DNA from: Planctomycetota bacterium
GTDB taxonomy: Bacteria; Planctomycetota; SZUA-567; H5-PLA8
Reading direction: 5' to 3'
NCBI GenBank assembly: GCA_045863855.1
Contig: BTVV01000005.1
Span: forward strand, 1 to 64,000
Length of the DNA stretch: 64,000 bases
Part shown: positions 8,930 through 18,503 of the stretch, piece after piece
Layout of the letters: every line of letters begins with the position of its first letter
How positions within the stretch are numbered: position 1 is the stretch's first letter
Translations under genes and position numbers: made by a program
Notes under the pieces: model-generated
Told to the model about the DNA's origin: nothing
Seen by the model: only the letters and a program-made list of their open reading frames with translations
Databases searched by the model: none

Positions 8930-10441
8930 TCACAGGTTATAGAGCGCTCCCAGTTTGGAATTCAGGTGGCGCATGAGGGGTTGGTGCGAGAGGGGTTTGC
9001 CGGTGAGGTGCTGGCAGAGCGGGCCGGCGCGGCGGGTCTTGCCGGGGCGGTGAATCTTGAGGCGCAGCCAATCGAGAAGCGGGCGGAATTCGCCTTTCGC
9101 GAACAGCGGATCGAGGTCGCCGATCTCGCTCTTGGCCTGTTCGAGGAACTGCGAGGCGTACAAATTTCCGAGCGCGTACGTGGGGAAATAGCCGAAGCTC
9201 GCGCCGCTCCAGTGCACGTCTTGCAGGCAGCCGCGGCGGTCGTCGGGTACGTCGACGCCAAGGAGTTCTTTCATGGTGCTCTTCCAGGCGCCGGGCACGT
9301 CGGCGGGCTTGAGGCGGCCTTCGATCAGGTCTATTTCGAGCCGGAAACGCAGAATAATATGCAGGTTGTAGGTCGCTTCGTCGGCTTCGACGCGGATGAG
9401 CGAGGGCTTGGATTCGTTGGCGGCAAAGACCATCGCGTCGAGGCTCTTGCCTTTCAGGACCGGGAAAGCGGTTTGGGCTCGAGGCAGGAAGAACTGCCAG
9501 AACGCTCGGCTGCGTCCGACGAGATTTTCCCACATGCGCGACTGGGATTCGTGGATGCCGAGCGATACGGAGGCTCCGCGCGGGGTGCCGCGGTGTTCGG
9601 GATCGAGGCCCTGGTTGTAGAGCCCGTGGCCGGCCTCATGGAGCGTGCCGTACAGGGCGCTCCAGGCGCAGCGCGGGTCGTAGCGCGTGGTGAGCCTGAC
9701 GTCGCCGGGTCCGATGGTGCTGCAGAAGGGATGCGTGGTGACGTCGAGGCGTCCGGCGTCGAAATCGAAACCGATGGCGCGGGCGGACTCGGCGCAGAAA
9801 CGTTCCTGCACGGCGACGGGGTAATCGTTCTCGAGGATGCCGGGTTCGGCGCGCTTGCCGGTGGCGACGACGCGGCGGATCAGATCGGCCAGTTCGCGCT
9901 GGAGCGGTTCGAAGAGCGCCTGGACTTCGCGGGTCTTGGCGTCGGGCTCGTAGAGATCGAGCAGGGCATCGTAGCGCTGCTCTTTCCAGCCCAGCGCGTC
10001 GGCCTTCTCGCGGCAGAGCTTGACCATCTCTTCGAGGAACGGCTTGAAGGCGGCGAAGTCGTTGGCTTTGCGCGCATCGACCCAGACGTCGTAGGCCTTG
10101 CTGCTGGTGCGGCTGAGGGCCTCGACGAGGGCTTGGGGCAGTTTGGTGGCCTGATCGTAGCCGCGGCGCCATTCGCGGAGGTTCACGGCGGCGTCGGAGA
10201 GCGGATCGTTCACGAGGTCGCTGGCTTCGGCGATGGCGAGGAGTTCGCCGATGCGCGGATCGGTGGCCATCTCGTGGCTCATGCCGGCGACGAGGGCGAG
10301 CTGGTCGCTGCGGTGCGCGCTGCCGGCCTTGGGCATGTAGGTGCGCTGGTCCCAGCCGAGGAGGCTGCCGAGCGAGCCGAAGACGCTGCGCTTTTTCGAG
10401 CGGGCGAGAAGTTCGGCGTAGGCGGAGCGAGCGTCGGGCAT
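8930..10441 (-). CDS. carboxypeptidase M32 (carboxypeptidase Taq family)
   Basis: HPF, DVRLTTRY, HEAGH (HEXXH), HESQS, IRVEADE, QDVHW and GYFPTYALG motifs. Confidence 0.95.
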   Translation of the reverse strand: MPDARSAYAELLARSKKRSVFGSLGSLLGWDQRTYMPKAGSAHRSDQLALVAGMSHEMATDPRIGELLAIAEASDLVNDPLSDAAVNLREWRRGYDQATKLPQALVEALSRTSSKAYDVWVDARKANDFAAFKPFLEEMVKLCREKADALGWKEQRYDALLDLYEPDAKTREVQALFEPLQRELADLIRRVVATGKRAEPGILENDYPVAVQERFCAESARAIGFDFDAGRLDVTTHPFCSTIGPGDVRLTTRYDPRCAWSALYGTLHEAGHGLYNQGLDPEHRGTPRGASVSLGIHESQSRMWENLVGRSRAFWQFFLPRAQTAFPVLKGKSLDAMVFAANESKPSLIRVEADEATYNLHIILRFRLEIDLIEGRLKPADVPGAWKSTMKELLGVDVPDDRRGCLQDVHWSGASFGYFPTYALGNLYASQFLEQAKSEIGDLDPLFAKGEFRPLLDWLRLKIHRPGKTRRAGPLCQHLTGKPLSHQPLMRHLNSKLGALYNL

Positions 10442-10970
10442 GGCGTGGTCCTCGGTGGTGGGCGTGCGGATAGTTTAGCGGGCGGCGCGGGGTTGGCGAG
10501 GGCTTGTGGGGCGGGCGTACACGGCAAAGGGCCAGCGCCCAACCGACTTCAACGGGCGAACTAGCGGCTTGGGGCGCCGCCGCTGAGGTTCCTTGCTAAA
10601 GGAGAGAAAAACCGGGCGACGAAAAGGCAGGAAAGCCCATTCGAATCCTGAGTCAATTCGACAGGAAGGCTGGGCTCGAATGCCGAAAAGACCCTTCGCT
10701 TGAGTACTGGAGTGTAACGTATTGCGCCAAGCGAGCCTGGTGTCCAAGCCTCAAAGTGGCTCAGCCAAAGAAATGACAAACCTCCCCTTCTCGTTGACCG
10801 GGCTTGCAAGACTAATCTCAACACGCCCTTACAATACATGATAAAATTACTCTTTTATATCTAATTAAGATCCATAAGCAGTAATGCCCATGGAGGTGGC
10901 GCATGTCTTGCGAACTCTTCCATTGGGAGACCCACCTTGGCGCACCATTTGACAATGGGAGGAATGGATC

Positions 10971-11948
10971 ATGCGTAACGGGACATGGAGCATTTGCTTG
11001 AGCTTAGTACTTGCGGTTCTGGTGGCAGCATCCGCGTTGGAGGCCCGGCAGGGTGGCGCAGACGACGGATCGGGAAATGCCCGAGGAACCGATCGGTTTT
11101 TTACGGAGCTTAAGGCCCCCTTACAGGCGGTGAATTGCGCCGCCACGCCTCCGACCATCACGGTATTGGGGCTGACCATCGACATATCCAACGCCGAGGT
11201 TCGGAACGAGATCAGCGGCATGACGGGCTGCGGTTCGTTGGTGGTGGGGCAGACCGTGGAAGTTGAGTTTGGGAGCGATCAGGCTCCGCTCAAGGCGCTG
11301 GAGGTCAAAGTCGATCCGGACAAGCAAGGCAAGCTGGAGATCCAAGGCCCGCTGCAGATGGTCGATCCGTCGGGACAAACGGTGCAAGTGTTGGGACTCG
11401 TGATCGACGCCAGTAGCGCGGAGTTGGACAATTTCACGAGCCTTGACGATCTGGAGCTTTCGCAAATTATCGAGATCGATCTCGAACCCACCTCGCTTCC
11501 GGCCCTGGTTGCAGAAAGCCTGTTAAGAAAGAGCGGAAGCTTCATTAAATTGTGCAAATTGACCAGCGTGTTCTCCGCACCCAACCGCGATGCCATGAAT
11601 GTTTCAGGGTCGCTGCAATTATCCAACAGCTTCACTCCGCTAGGGAAGTCCGTGGTTTTGAATGTTGGGGGCCAGAGTTTTAACTTTACGCTAGATGCGG
11701 CCGGCAAAGGCACCGCAGCCGAAGGCAGGTTTTCGCTGACCGGCCGGTCTGGTCGCTTTGACTTCAAGGGGACTTTCAGCCGGGGCAATTTCCATAGTCA
11801 ATGGAGCGACGAAGGAATCGTCGATGGCGCCTTCAAAAACCAACCCATTCTCATGTCCATATCTCTCACCATCGACGGAGTGAGCTATGGAGGCGATGTG
11901 AATCTCCTTTATACGTCTCGCGCGGGCCTCAAGGGTACTGCTAAATAA
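10971..11948 (+). CDS. secreted protein with two DUF5666-like repeats and a beta-rich C-terminal domain
   Basis: GGAGGA RBS; signal peptide; repeats PLQAVN..TITVLGLTIDISNA and PLQMVD..TVQVLGLVIDASSA. Confidence 0.7.
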   Translation: MRNGTWSICLSLVLAVLVAASALEARQGGADDGSGNARGTDRFFTELKAPLQAVNCAATPPTITVLGLTIDISNAEVRNEISGMTGCGSLVVGQTVEVEFGSDQAPLKALEVKVDPDKQGKLEIQGPLQMVDPSGQTVQVLGLVIDASSAELDNFTSLDDLELSQIIEIDLEPTSLPALVAESLLRKSGSFIKLCKLTSVFSAPNRDAMNVSGSLQLSNSFTPLGKSVVLNVGGQSFNFTLDAAGKGTAAEGRFSLTGRSGRFDFKGTFSRGNFHSQWSDEGIVDGAFKNQPILMSISLTIDGVSYGGDVNLLYTSRAGLKGTAK

Positions 11949-11972
11949 GCAAGGGCGAATCCCCTGGCACTC

Positions 11973-12019
11973 CATTCAACCGCAGGCGCCGTGACAGCCA
12001 CGCCGCTTGCGGTTGAATG
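11973..12019. terminator. long palindrome between convergent genes (bidirectional terminator or REP)
   Basis: CATTCAACCGCAGGCG...CGCTTGCGGTTGAATG. Confidence 0.55.
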
Positions 12020-12062
12020 CATTCGATGCCTGTAAACTCCCAGCTCCTAGCGAAGTTTCCCG

Positions 12063-13184
12063 CTATTCGCGGGCGGGTTCGCCGGACCAGGCGCCGTAGG
12101 GATCGCCGGCATACTTGAGCCAGCGGTCGAGCCAGCTCAACGTGGCTTCGCGGGAGAGATCGGTGACGGCGTGCCCGTCGCCAAAGACCAGGAAGGCATG
12201 GGCGGCTTCTGCGCCCAGCAGTCGGTATACCTCGCGGAGCTTAAGGTGCAGCGTCGTGCGGTGCGCTTGCGAGGCGGCGGGGCCGTCGTTAAGCGCGAAG
12301 CGTTCGAAGAGCGGGCGCGGCGCCACGAGGCTCATCTGTTCGTGGAAGTCGCACTCGATGCGCTCGCCGCGCAGGAAGCGTTCGCGTAGCTGCGGGAAGT
12401 AAATGTACCAGTAGTCGCGCGACCAGTGCAGCGGTTCGGGGTTTTCGCGGAAGGTGTGCGCGGCGCAACTGGGCGCGCAGCAGCGGATGCGTTCGTCGAA
12501 TGCGGCCAGCCAGATACTGCCCTGCCCGCCGAGGCTGTGCCCGGTGACGCCGATGCGTTGGGGATCGACTTCGGGCTGCGCGGCGAGGACGTTCAGCGCC
12601 TGCTGGCTGTCGTGCACGTACTTGCCCACCGCCGACCAGTTCGGATGCTTGCGGTAAAAGCCCGCGGTTTCGTACGGCCCTTCGGGCGGGCGGCGCGTGG
12701 CGCTGACAAAATGTTCGGGGCAGATCGCCGCGTACCCGCGCAAGGCCAGCAAGCGCGCGAGGCCGCCGCCGGGGCGCGGCTTCTTGGCGTCGGGATCGCC
12801 CTCGGGCGGCGGCAGGCCCACCAACGCCCGCGCGCCCCAGTTGGACGTTCCGTGCAGGCAGACGACGCCCGGATAGCCGCCCGGAGGCGGCGGATCGAGC
12901 GGGAGCGCCAGGTACGCATGCGCGCGCTCGTCGGCTTCGACTTGGTAGCTGATGCGTTTGAGCGTGAAGCCGCCGGCGTCCCAGGCGCGTTCGAGCCGAA
13001 GATCGGGATCGCCGGGCAGCGGCGGGCGTGCAGCTTCGCGGAGCAGTTCGCCAAAGCGTACGCGGATCGCCGCGCGCTTGCGGTTCCAGTCTTCGGGGCT
13101 GGCGACGCCGTCGAGCAGATCGTCCCAGCTCGTGGGGATCGGGCGCGGCGTCCAACTGGGATGGGTGGGCTTTTCTGGAGGCAT
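12063..13184 (-). CDS. alpha/beta hydrolase (dienelactone hydrolase/esterase-like)
   Basis: GVVCLHG; nucleophile elbow GHSLGG; SLVAPRPL; C-terminal GDGH. Confidence 0.85.
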   Translation of the reverse strand: MPPEKPTHPSWTPRPIPTSWDDLLDGVASPEDWNRKRAAIRVRFGELLREAARPPLPGDPDLRLERAWDAGGFTLKRISYQVEADERAHAYLALPLDPPPPGGYPGVVCLHGTSNWGARALVGLPPPEGDPDAKKPRPGGGLARLLALRGYAAICPEHFVSATRRPPEGPYETAGFYRKHPNWSAVGKYVHDSQQALNVLAAQPEVDPQRIGVTGHSLGGQGSIWLAAFDERIRCCAPSCAAHTFRENPEPLHWSRDYWYIYFPQLRERFLRGERIECDFHEQMSLVAPRPLFERFALNDGPAASQAHRTTLHLKLREVYRLLGAEAAHAFLVFGDGHAVTDLSREATLSWLDRWLKYAGDPYGAWSGEPARE

Positions 13185-13316
13185 GAGGGGAGTTTACTGG
13201 AAGGCAGGCGGGAGGGCGAGGGCGGAGAGGGTGGTGAACGGTCCACGGCAAACCCCAAAGGGCAAGAACCGAACAAACGACAACGGGCGAACTTCAAACG
13301 GCGCACGCAAAGGGCG

Positions 13317-13350
13317 CCTCCCCTACCCTTCCTTATACAAAGGAGGGGAG
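13317..13350. repeat. REP-like palindrome (CCTCCCCT..CCTT..AAGGAGGGG family)
   Basis: CCTCCCCTACCCTTCCTTATACAAAGGAGGGGAG; related copies at 14949 and 21181. Confidence 0.7.
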
Positions 13351-13373
13351 AACAACGCCGGCGGCAAGGGCTG

Positions 13374-14825
13374 CTACGGCTTGGGGGCGGGGGGTTCGGG
13401 AGGCGGCGGTGCGGGCTCTTCGCCGCGTAATTTCGAGCGGACTTTGGCAAAGAATTCGAGGCGCTTCTGGAGATCCTTCTCGAAGCCGAGCGTGCCGGGC
13501 GCGTAGAACTTTTTCCCCTTCAACTCTTCGGGCATCGAATCCATGGGGCCGATGTGGACGGGCCAATCGTGGTCGTACTGGTATCCGGTGCCGTAGCCGA
13601 GGGCTTTCATGAGGCCGGTGGGCGCGTTGCGCAGGTGGAGCGGTACGGGAATGGGTCCGCTCTGCTTCACCTCGGCGCGTGCGGCTTTGATGGCGTGGTA
13701 GATCGCGTCGCTTTTTGGCGCGCAGGCGAGGTAAACGGCGGCCTGGGCCAGCGCGGTGTCGCATTCGGGGTAGCCGATGAAGCCGGCGGCATCTTTGGCG
13801 GCCTGGGCCTGGAGCGCGGCTTGTGGATCGGCGAGGCCGATGTCTTCGGTGGCGATGCGTACCAAGCGGCGCGCGATGAAGTGCGGGTCTTCGCCGCCTT
13901 CGATCATGCGCGCGAGGTAGTAAAGCGCCGCATCGGGATCGCTGTTGCGGACGGCTTTGTGGAGCGCGCTGATCAGGTTGTAGTGTTCTTCGCCGGACTG
14001 GTCGTAGAGGATCGTGTTGCGCTGCAGGGCTTCCTTGGCCAGTTCGGCGTCGACGCGCTTGACGCCATCGGCGCTTGCCGGCGCGACGCGGACGGCGAGT
14101 TCCAGCGCGTTAAGCAGGCTGCGCGCATCGCCGCCGGCCATCTCGCTGAGGGCCTTGCGCGCGGCAGGTTCCAGTTCGATCTTCTCGGCGCCCAAACCGC
14201 GTTCGGCGTCGGCGAGCGCGCGGTCGATGAGCTGCCCCAGTTCGGCGGCGGTGAGCGGCTGGAGGACGAAGACGCGGCAGCGCGAGAGAAGCGCGCCGTT
14301 GACTTCGAAGGAAGGGTTCTCGGTGGTCGCGCCCAGAAGCGCGATGGTGCCGTCCTCGACGGCGGGCAGGAAGGCGTCCTGCTGCGCCTTGTTGAAGCGG
14401 TGGATTTCGTCGACGAAGAGGATCGTGCGGCGCTGTTCGAACATCATGCGCTGGCGCGCGGTTTCGATGGTTTCGCGCGCTTCTTTCACGCCGCTCGACA
14501 CGGCGCTGAACATGACGAACTGCGCGTCGGCGGCTTTGGCGATGAGGTTGGCGAGGGTGGTCTTCCCGGTGCCGGGCGGTCCCCATAAAAGAAGCGAAGG
14601 GAGCGGTCGGCGCGGCGCGGACTTTTGAGGGGCGGCGGCGTGGGCGGCTTCCTGGTCGAGCATGCGGCGCAGGATTTTGCCGGGGCCGAGAACCTGGGAC
14701 TGGCCGACGTATTCGTCGAGCGTGCGGGGGCGCATGCGGTCGGCCAGGGGGGCGCCGGCTTGCTTGACGTCCCGCGCCGCGGCGGCGAAGAGTTCGGCGC
14801 CGGCTGGATCGCGTCGAGTGGCCAT
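13374..14825 (-). CDS. rarA: replication-associated recombination protein A (RarA/MgsA AAA+ ATPase)
   Basis: PLADRMRPRTLDEYVGQ, GPPGTGKTT, DEIHRFNKAQQD, GATTENPSF, HYNLISALHK, VPLHLRNAPT. Confidence 0.96.
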   Translation of the reverse strand: MATRRDPAGAELFAAAARDVKQAGAPLADRMRPRTLDEYVGQSQVLGPGKILRRMLDQEAAHAAAPQKSAPRRPLPSLLLWGPPGTGKTTLANLIAKAADAQFVMFSAVSSGVKEARETIETARQRMMFEQRRTILFVDEIHRFNKAQQDAFLPAVEDGTIALLGATTENPSFEVNGALLSRCRVFVLQPLTAAELGQLIDRALADAERGLGAEKIELEPAARKALSEMAGGDARSLLNALELAVRVAPASADGVKRVDAELAKEALQRNTILYDQSGEEHYNLISALHKAVRNSDPDAALYYLARMIEGGEDPHFIARRLVRIATEDIGLADPQAALQAQAAKDAAGFIGYPECDTALAQAAVYLACAPKSDAIYHAIKAARAEVKQSGPIPVPLHLRNAPTGLMKALGYGTGYQYDHDWPVHIGPMDSMPEELKGKKFYAPGTLGFEKDLQKRLEFFAKVRSKLRGEEPAPPPPEPPAPKP

Positions 14826-14948
14826 AGGTGGGAGTTTCACCGCTGGGGGCGGCCGGTGCAAGTTCGGGGTGCGGGCTGGTCGCGGTAAGGGAGCACGCCA
14901 GCTTTTCATTTCTTAACGGAGCGCGCTTCGCGCGGCATGTTTTGTTCA

Positions 14949-14979
14949 CCTCCCCTGCCCCTCCTTGGCAAGGAGGGGA
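14949..14979. repeat. REP-like palindrome
   Basis: CCTCCCCTGCCCCTCCTTGGCAAGGAGGGGA; 29/31 identical to 21181-21211. Confidence 0.75.
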
Positions 14980-15022
14980 TTACCGGCACATTTTAAGACC
15001 GCCAAAATACCGCTCGATTGGT

Positions 15023-15844
15023 TTATTCCGCTCGGCGCTCGCGCAGCCAAGCGCGGGGGCCGCGGCCGTAGGTCTGCTTGAAGACGCGGTGAAATTGCGG
15101 GTAGCTTCCGAAGCCGGCGGCGAGCGCCGCATCGATGAGGCTGCGCGCGGAACCGTCGCCGTAGATCGCGTCGAAGCGTTCGAGTCGGCGGCGGTTGCGG
15201 AAATCGGTGAGGCTTTGGCCGAGCTGGCGCTTGAAGAGACGGCTGAGGCGGTTGGGGCTGAGGCCGACGCGGCGAGCAAGCTGGACGACGTCCCATTCGG
15301 CGGCTTCTTCGCGCAGCAGGAACGCGGCTTGTTCGACGGCGGGGTGTAGTCCTTCGACGGCGGCGTCTTCGGGCGCGGCGCGGTAGGCGGCCCAGGCTTC
15401 GTGGAGCACGTGCGGCAAGGCCGCGTTAAAGCGGTCGACCTCGTGTCGCGCCTCGCGCACGCGCTGCATCAGCGCCACGAGATCCTGCGCGGCCGCGGGA
15501 GCCAGCGGGCGGCAGTGCGAGCCCGGCGGGTCGAACGCGAGGAGCGGTTTGGTTTCGCGCGTGCGGACGTGAAGCTTCAGCCAGCGCGGTCGGATCACGA
15601 AGATCCACATCTCGAAGCCCGGGGAGCGATTCAGCAGGATGTGTTCCTGGCCGGGAAAGAGCCAGACGAGCGAATGGCGGCGCACGTCGCTGCGGCGATC
15701 GCGAAAGAGATACTGCGCGGCGCCGCGCGTGACGAGGTTGAATTCCAGCTCGTCGTGGCGGTGCATCGGATGCGTCTGACCGCTCCAGACGTAGTTCCAG
15801 AGGTGCCCCTGCAGCGCGGGGGGGATGCTGAGTTTTTCCTTCAT
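15023..15844 (-). CDS. AraC family transcriptional regulator (copy 1)
   Basis: Cupin HRHDELEFNLV; HTH LARRVGLSPNRLSRLFK...AGFGSYPQFHRVFK. Confidence 0.93.
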   Translation of the reverse strand: MKEKLSIPPALQGHLWNYVWSGQTHPMHRHDELEFNLVTRGAAQYLFRDRRSDVRRHSLVWLFPGQEHILLNRSPGFEMWIFVIRPRWLKLHVRTRETKPLLAFDPPGSHCRPLAPAAAQDLVALMQRVREARHEVDRFNAALPHVLHEAWAAYRAAPEDAAVEGLHPAVEQAAFLLREEAAEWDVVQLARRVGLSPNRLSRLFKRQLGQSLTDFRNRRRLERFDAIYGDGSARSLIDAALAAGFGSYPQFHRVFKQTYGRGPRAWLRERRAE

Positions 15845-15856
15845 GCGACACGAAAT

Positions 15857-15909
15857 GATAACACAAGGACATCAAAAGAGAAGAATAGGCGCCCAAAACA
15901 GTGGATAGT
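15857..15909 (+). promoter_or_regulatory. putative AraC tandem site and -10 element for PhyH copy 1
   Basis: GATAAC (15857), GAGAAG (15878) and GATAGT (15904); same order and near-identical spacing at 17559-17612. Confidence 0.5.
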
Positions 15910-15949
15910 GAGCAGATCGGAAGCACGGACCCCCATGGAGAATCCGATC

Positions 15950-16714
15950 ATGCCCGCCGTCGCGCCATTCACGATCACCCAACAGCAGCAGGAACAGTAC
16001 CGCGAGGAGGGGTATTTCATCCTCGAGTCGGCGATTCCGCCGGAGCATTTGGAGCTGCTGCGCGATGTGGCGATGCGCGTGATCGAGGCGGAGCGCAAGA
16101 AGGCGACCGAGAACGGCGGGAAATCGAACGGGATCAGCCACGCGAACAACCGGATCTTCTCCACCTTCCCGTCGGCCGAATACGCCGAGCTGAAGCGTTT
16201 CTACCGCAGCGAGCTGATGGCGGAGATCTGCCGCGCGACGATCGGTCCGACGGCGTTCTATTTCTGGGAGCAGTACGTGATCAAGGCGGCGGAGAAGGGC
16301 ATGAAGTTCTCGTGGCATCAGGACAGCGGATACTGCCGCAGCGTGCCGAATCATCCGCCGTACCTGACGTGCTGGTGCGCGCTGGACGATATGTCCGAAG
16401 CGAACGGGACGGCGTACATCCTTCCGTTCAGCAAGGCGGGGACCAAGACGGTGGTGGAGCACGTGAAGGACGAGGCGACGAACGATTGGGTGGGTTACCA
16501 CGGCGACGAGCCGGGGATTCCGGTCATCGCTCCGGCGGGGAGCATCGCGGTCTTCAGTTCGGTGACGTTTCACCGCAGCGGCTACAACCGCACGCCGAAC
16601 TGGCGGCGCGTGTACCTCGCGCAGTACAGCCCGATCCCGATGGCGCAGCCGGACGGGAAGATCATGGGCCGGGCGGAGCCGTTCTTGAAAGGCGGGCGGA
16701 TCGTCGAAGCCTGA
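15950..16714 (+). CDS. phytanoyl-CoA dioxygenase (PhyH) family Fe(II)/2-oxoglutarate oxygenase (copy 1)
   Basis: GGAG RBS; QYREEGYFILE, WHQD (HxD), LTCWCALDD, NG, TFHRSG. Confidence 0.9.
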   Translation: MPAVAPFTITQQQQEQYREEGYFILESAIPPEHLELLRDVAMRVIEAERKKATENGGKSNGISHANNRIFSTFPSAEYAELKRFYRSELMAEICRATIGPTAFYFWEQYVIKAAEKGMKFSWHQDSGYCRSVPNHPPYLTCWCALDDMSEANGTAYILPFSKAGTKTVVEHVKDEATNDWVGYHGDEPGIPVIAPAGSIAVFSSVTFHRSGYNRTPNWRRVYLAQYSPIPMAQPDGKIMGRAEPFLKGGRIVEA

Positions 16715-17548
16715 TCACTCGGGCGCGGCGGCTTGACCTTTGGCGCGCCAGGCGCGTGGGCTGCTGCCGACGTGGCGGCGAAAGACGCGGTGGAACTGCG
16801 GGTAGCTGCCGAAGCCCGCTTTCAGGGCCGCGCCGAGCATCCCTTGCGCATGGCCGGCGCCGTATAACTCGAAAAAGCGCCGCAGGCGCAGGCGGTTGCG
16901 GAATTCGGTGAGCGATACGCCCATCTGCTGCTTGAAGAGGCGGCTGAGGCGATCGGCGCTGAGTCCCGCTTGCCGGGCCAGCACGGGAACGTCGAGGGCG
17001 CCGTGGCGGTCGCGCAGGATCCAGGCCGCGCGTTCGACGGCCGGATGGACGTCTTCGGCCGGAGCCATTTCGTCGGCTTCGAGATACGCGCGCCACGCAC
17101 TGAGCAGCGCATAACCCACTCCAAAATTGAACCGCGGCGCATCGGGCAGCGCGGCGAGAAGGTTTTCGAGCAGCGCGTGGAGCTCGAGCGCGCGGCGTTC
17201 GGGAACCTGGCGGCAGAACCAGCCCGGCGGATCGGGGTCGAGCAGCAGGCGCGCATCGGGCTGCTGGCAGGCGCGCTTCACGAGTTCGGGCCGGAAGCAG
17301 ACGATCCAGCCGGCGTAATCGGGGCTGGTGTCGAGCAGAACGTGATCCTGGCGGCTGAAGAGCCAGACCAGGGAATGCCGGCGGATGTCGTAGCGGCGGT
17401 CGCCGAGCAAGTAGCGGCCGGTCCCGCGGACGACGAAGTTCAATTCCAATTCGTCGTGATGGTGGACGGGATGCACGTAGCCGCGCGGCTGGTGCAGCCA
17501 GAGGCGGCCGTCGCGCCCTTCGGGCATCTGGAGGATGTGCCGAACCAC
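16715..17548 (-). CDS. AraC family transcriptional regulator (copy 2)
   Basis: HHHDELELNFV; LARQAGLSADRLSRLFK...AGFGSYPQFHRVF; clear paralog of 15023-15844. Confidence 0.92.
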   Translation of the reverse strand: MVRHILQMPEGRDGRLWLHQPRGYVHPVHHHDELELNFVVRGTGRYLLGDRRYDIRRHSLVWLFSRQDHVLLDTSPDYAGWIVCFRPELVKRACQQPDARLLLDPDPPGWFCRQVPERRALELHALLENLLAALPDAPRFNFGVGYALLSAWRAYLEADEMAPAEDVHPAVERAAWILRDRHGALDVPVLARQAGLSADRLSRLFKQQMGVSLTEFRNRLRLRRFFELYGAGHAQGMLGAALKAGFGSYPQFHRVFRRHVGSSPRAWRAKGQAAAPE

Positions 17549-17558
17549 AACGGAAAAC

Positions 17559-17612
17559 GATAACTGAAGACACGCCGGACGAGAAGTCTTTTCTCATGCT
17601 ATGGGGGATGAT
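17559..17612 (+). promoter_or_regulatory. putative AraC tandem site and -10 element for PhyH copy 2
   Basis: GATAAC (17559), GAGAAG (17581) and GATGAT (17607). Confidence 0.5.
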
Positions 17613-17652
17613 GAGGGGAATGCAGACGCACTCAACGGAAAAGGAGAATTTC

Positions 17653-18414
17653 ATGCCCGCCCTCACCTTGCCTCGCATCGGTTCGGCTCAACGCACGCAG
17701 TACCGCGACGAGGGTTACTTCATCCTGGAAGGCGCGATCGGCGCGGAGGATCTGGCGCTGTTGCGCGCCGAATGCTCGAAGGCCGTGGCTTCGCGCGACG
17801 CGGAGCTGGACCGCCTGGGCGTGGATACCGAAGGACTGACGCACCGCGGGAAGCGCTACTTCGTGCGCCAGCCGTCGCTGGTTTCGCCGGAGCTGCTGCG
17901 CTTTTTCCTGGGCGAGACGCTGGCCGAGTGCGCGCACGCCACGGTGGGCCCGGAGGCATTCGCGTTCTACGAACAATTCGTGGTCAAGTGCGGCGAACAG
18001 GGGATGCGCTTCGGGTGGCACCAGGACGGCGGTTACGTGAAGAGTTTCAATCCGTGCCCGTACGTGACGTGCTGGTGCGCGCTGGACGACGTGAGCGAGG
18101 CGAACGGGACGGCGTACATCCTTCCGTTCAGCCGCGCGGGAACGCGGGAATTGGTGGACCACGTGCGCGACCCTGAGAACAACGACATGGTGGGCTACCA
18201 CGGAGACGATCCGGGGATTCCGGTCGTGGGGCCGGCGGGGACGATCGCGGTCTTTTCGAGCACGACGTTTCACCGCAGCGGCGCGAACACGACGCCGAAC
18301 CCGCGGCGCGCGTACGTGGCGCAGTACTCGCCGCAGGTGATCCGCAAAGCGGACGGGACGGCGCTGCACCGCAGCGAACCGATCCTGCGCGGAGGCGTGC
18401 GGGTGGCGGATTAG
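17653..18414 (+). CDS. PhyH family Fe(II)/2-oxoglutarate oxygenase (copy 2)
   Basis: AAGGAG RBS; QYRDEGYFILE, WHQD, VTCWCALDD, TFHRSG; paralog of copy 1. Confidence 0.9.
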   Translation: MPALTLPRIGSAQRTQYRDEGYFILEGAIGAEDLALLRAECSKAVASRDAELDRLGVDTEGLTHRGKRYFVRQPSLVSPELLRFFLGETLAECAHATVGPEAFAFYEQFVVKCGEQGMRFGWHQDGGYVKSFNPCPYVTCWCALDDVSEANGTAYILPFSRAGTRELVDHVRDPENNDMVGYHGDDPGIPVVGPAGTIAVFSSTTFHRSGANTTPNPRRAYVAQYSPQVIRKADGTALHRSEPILRGGVRVAD

Positions 18415-18503
18415 GCACTGTCCCGAAGCGCTTCTTCGACGTCTGCTTGGTCCGCGCGGCGCATCTGGCGGTCAATCGTTTCCGAATACGCTCTATCGGG
18501 CGG

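Noticed and set aside
10560..10970. Riboswitch or ncRNA in the long leader
   Set aside because: No recognisable consensus (c-di-GMP, TPP, SAM, cobalamin) by eye; an Infernal scan is needed.
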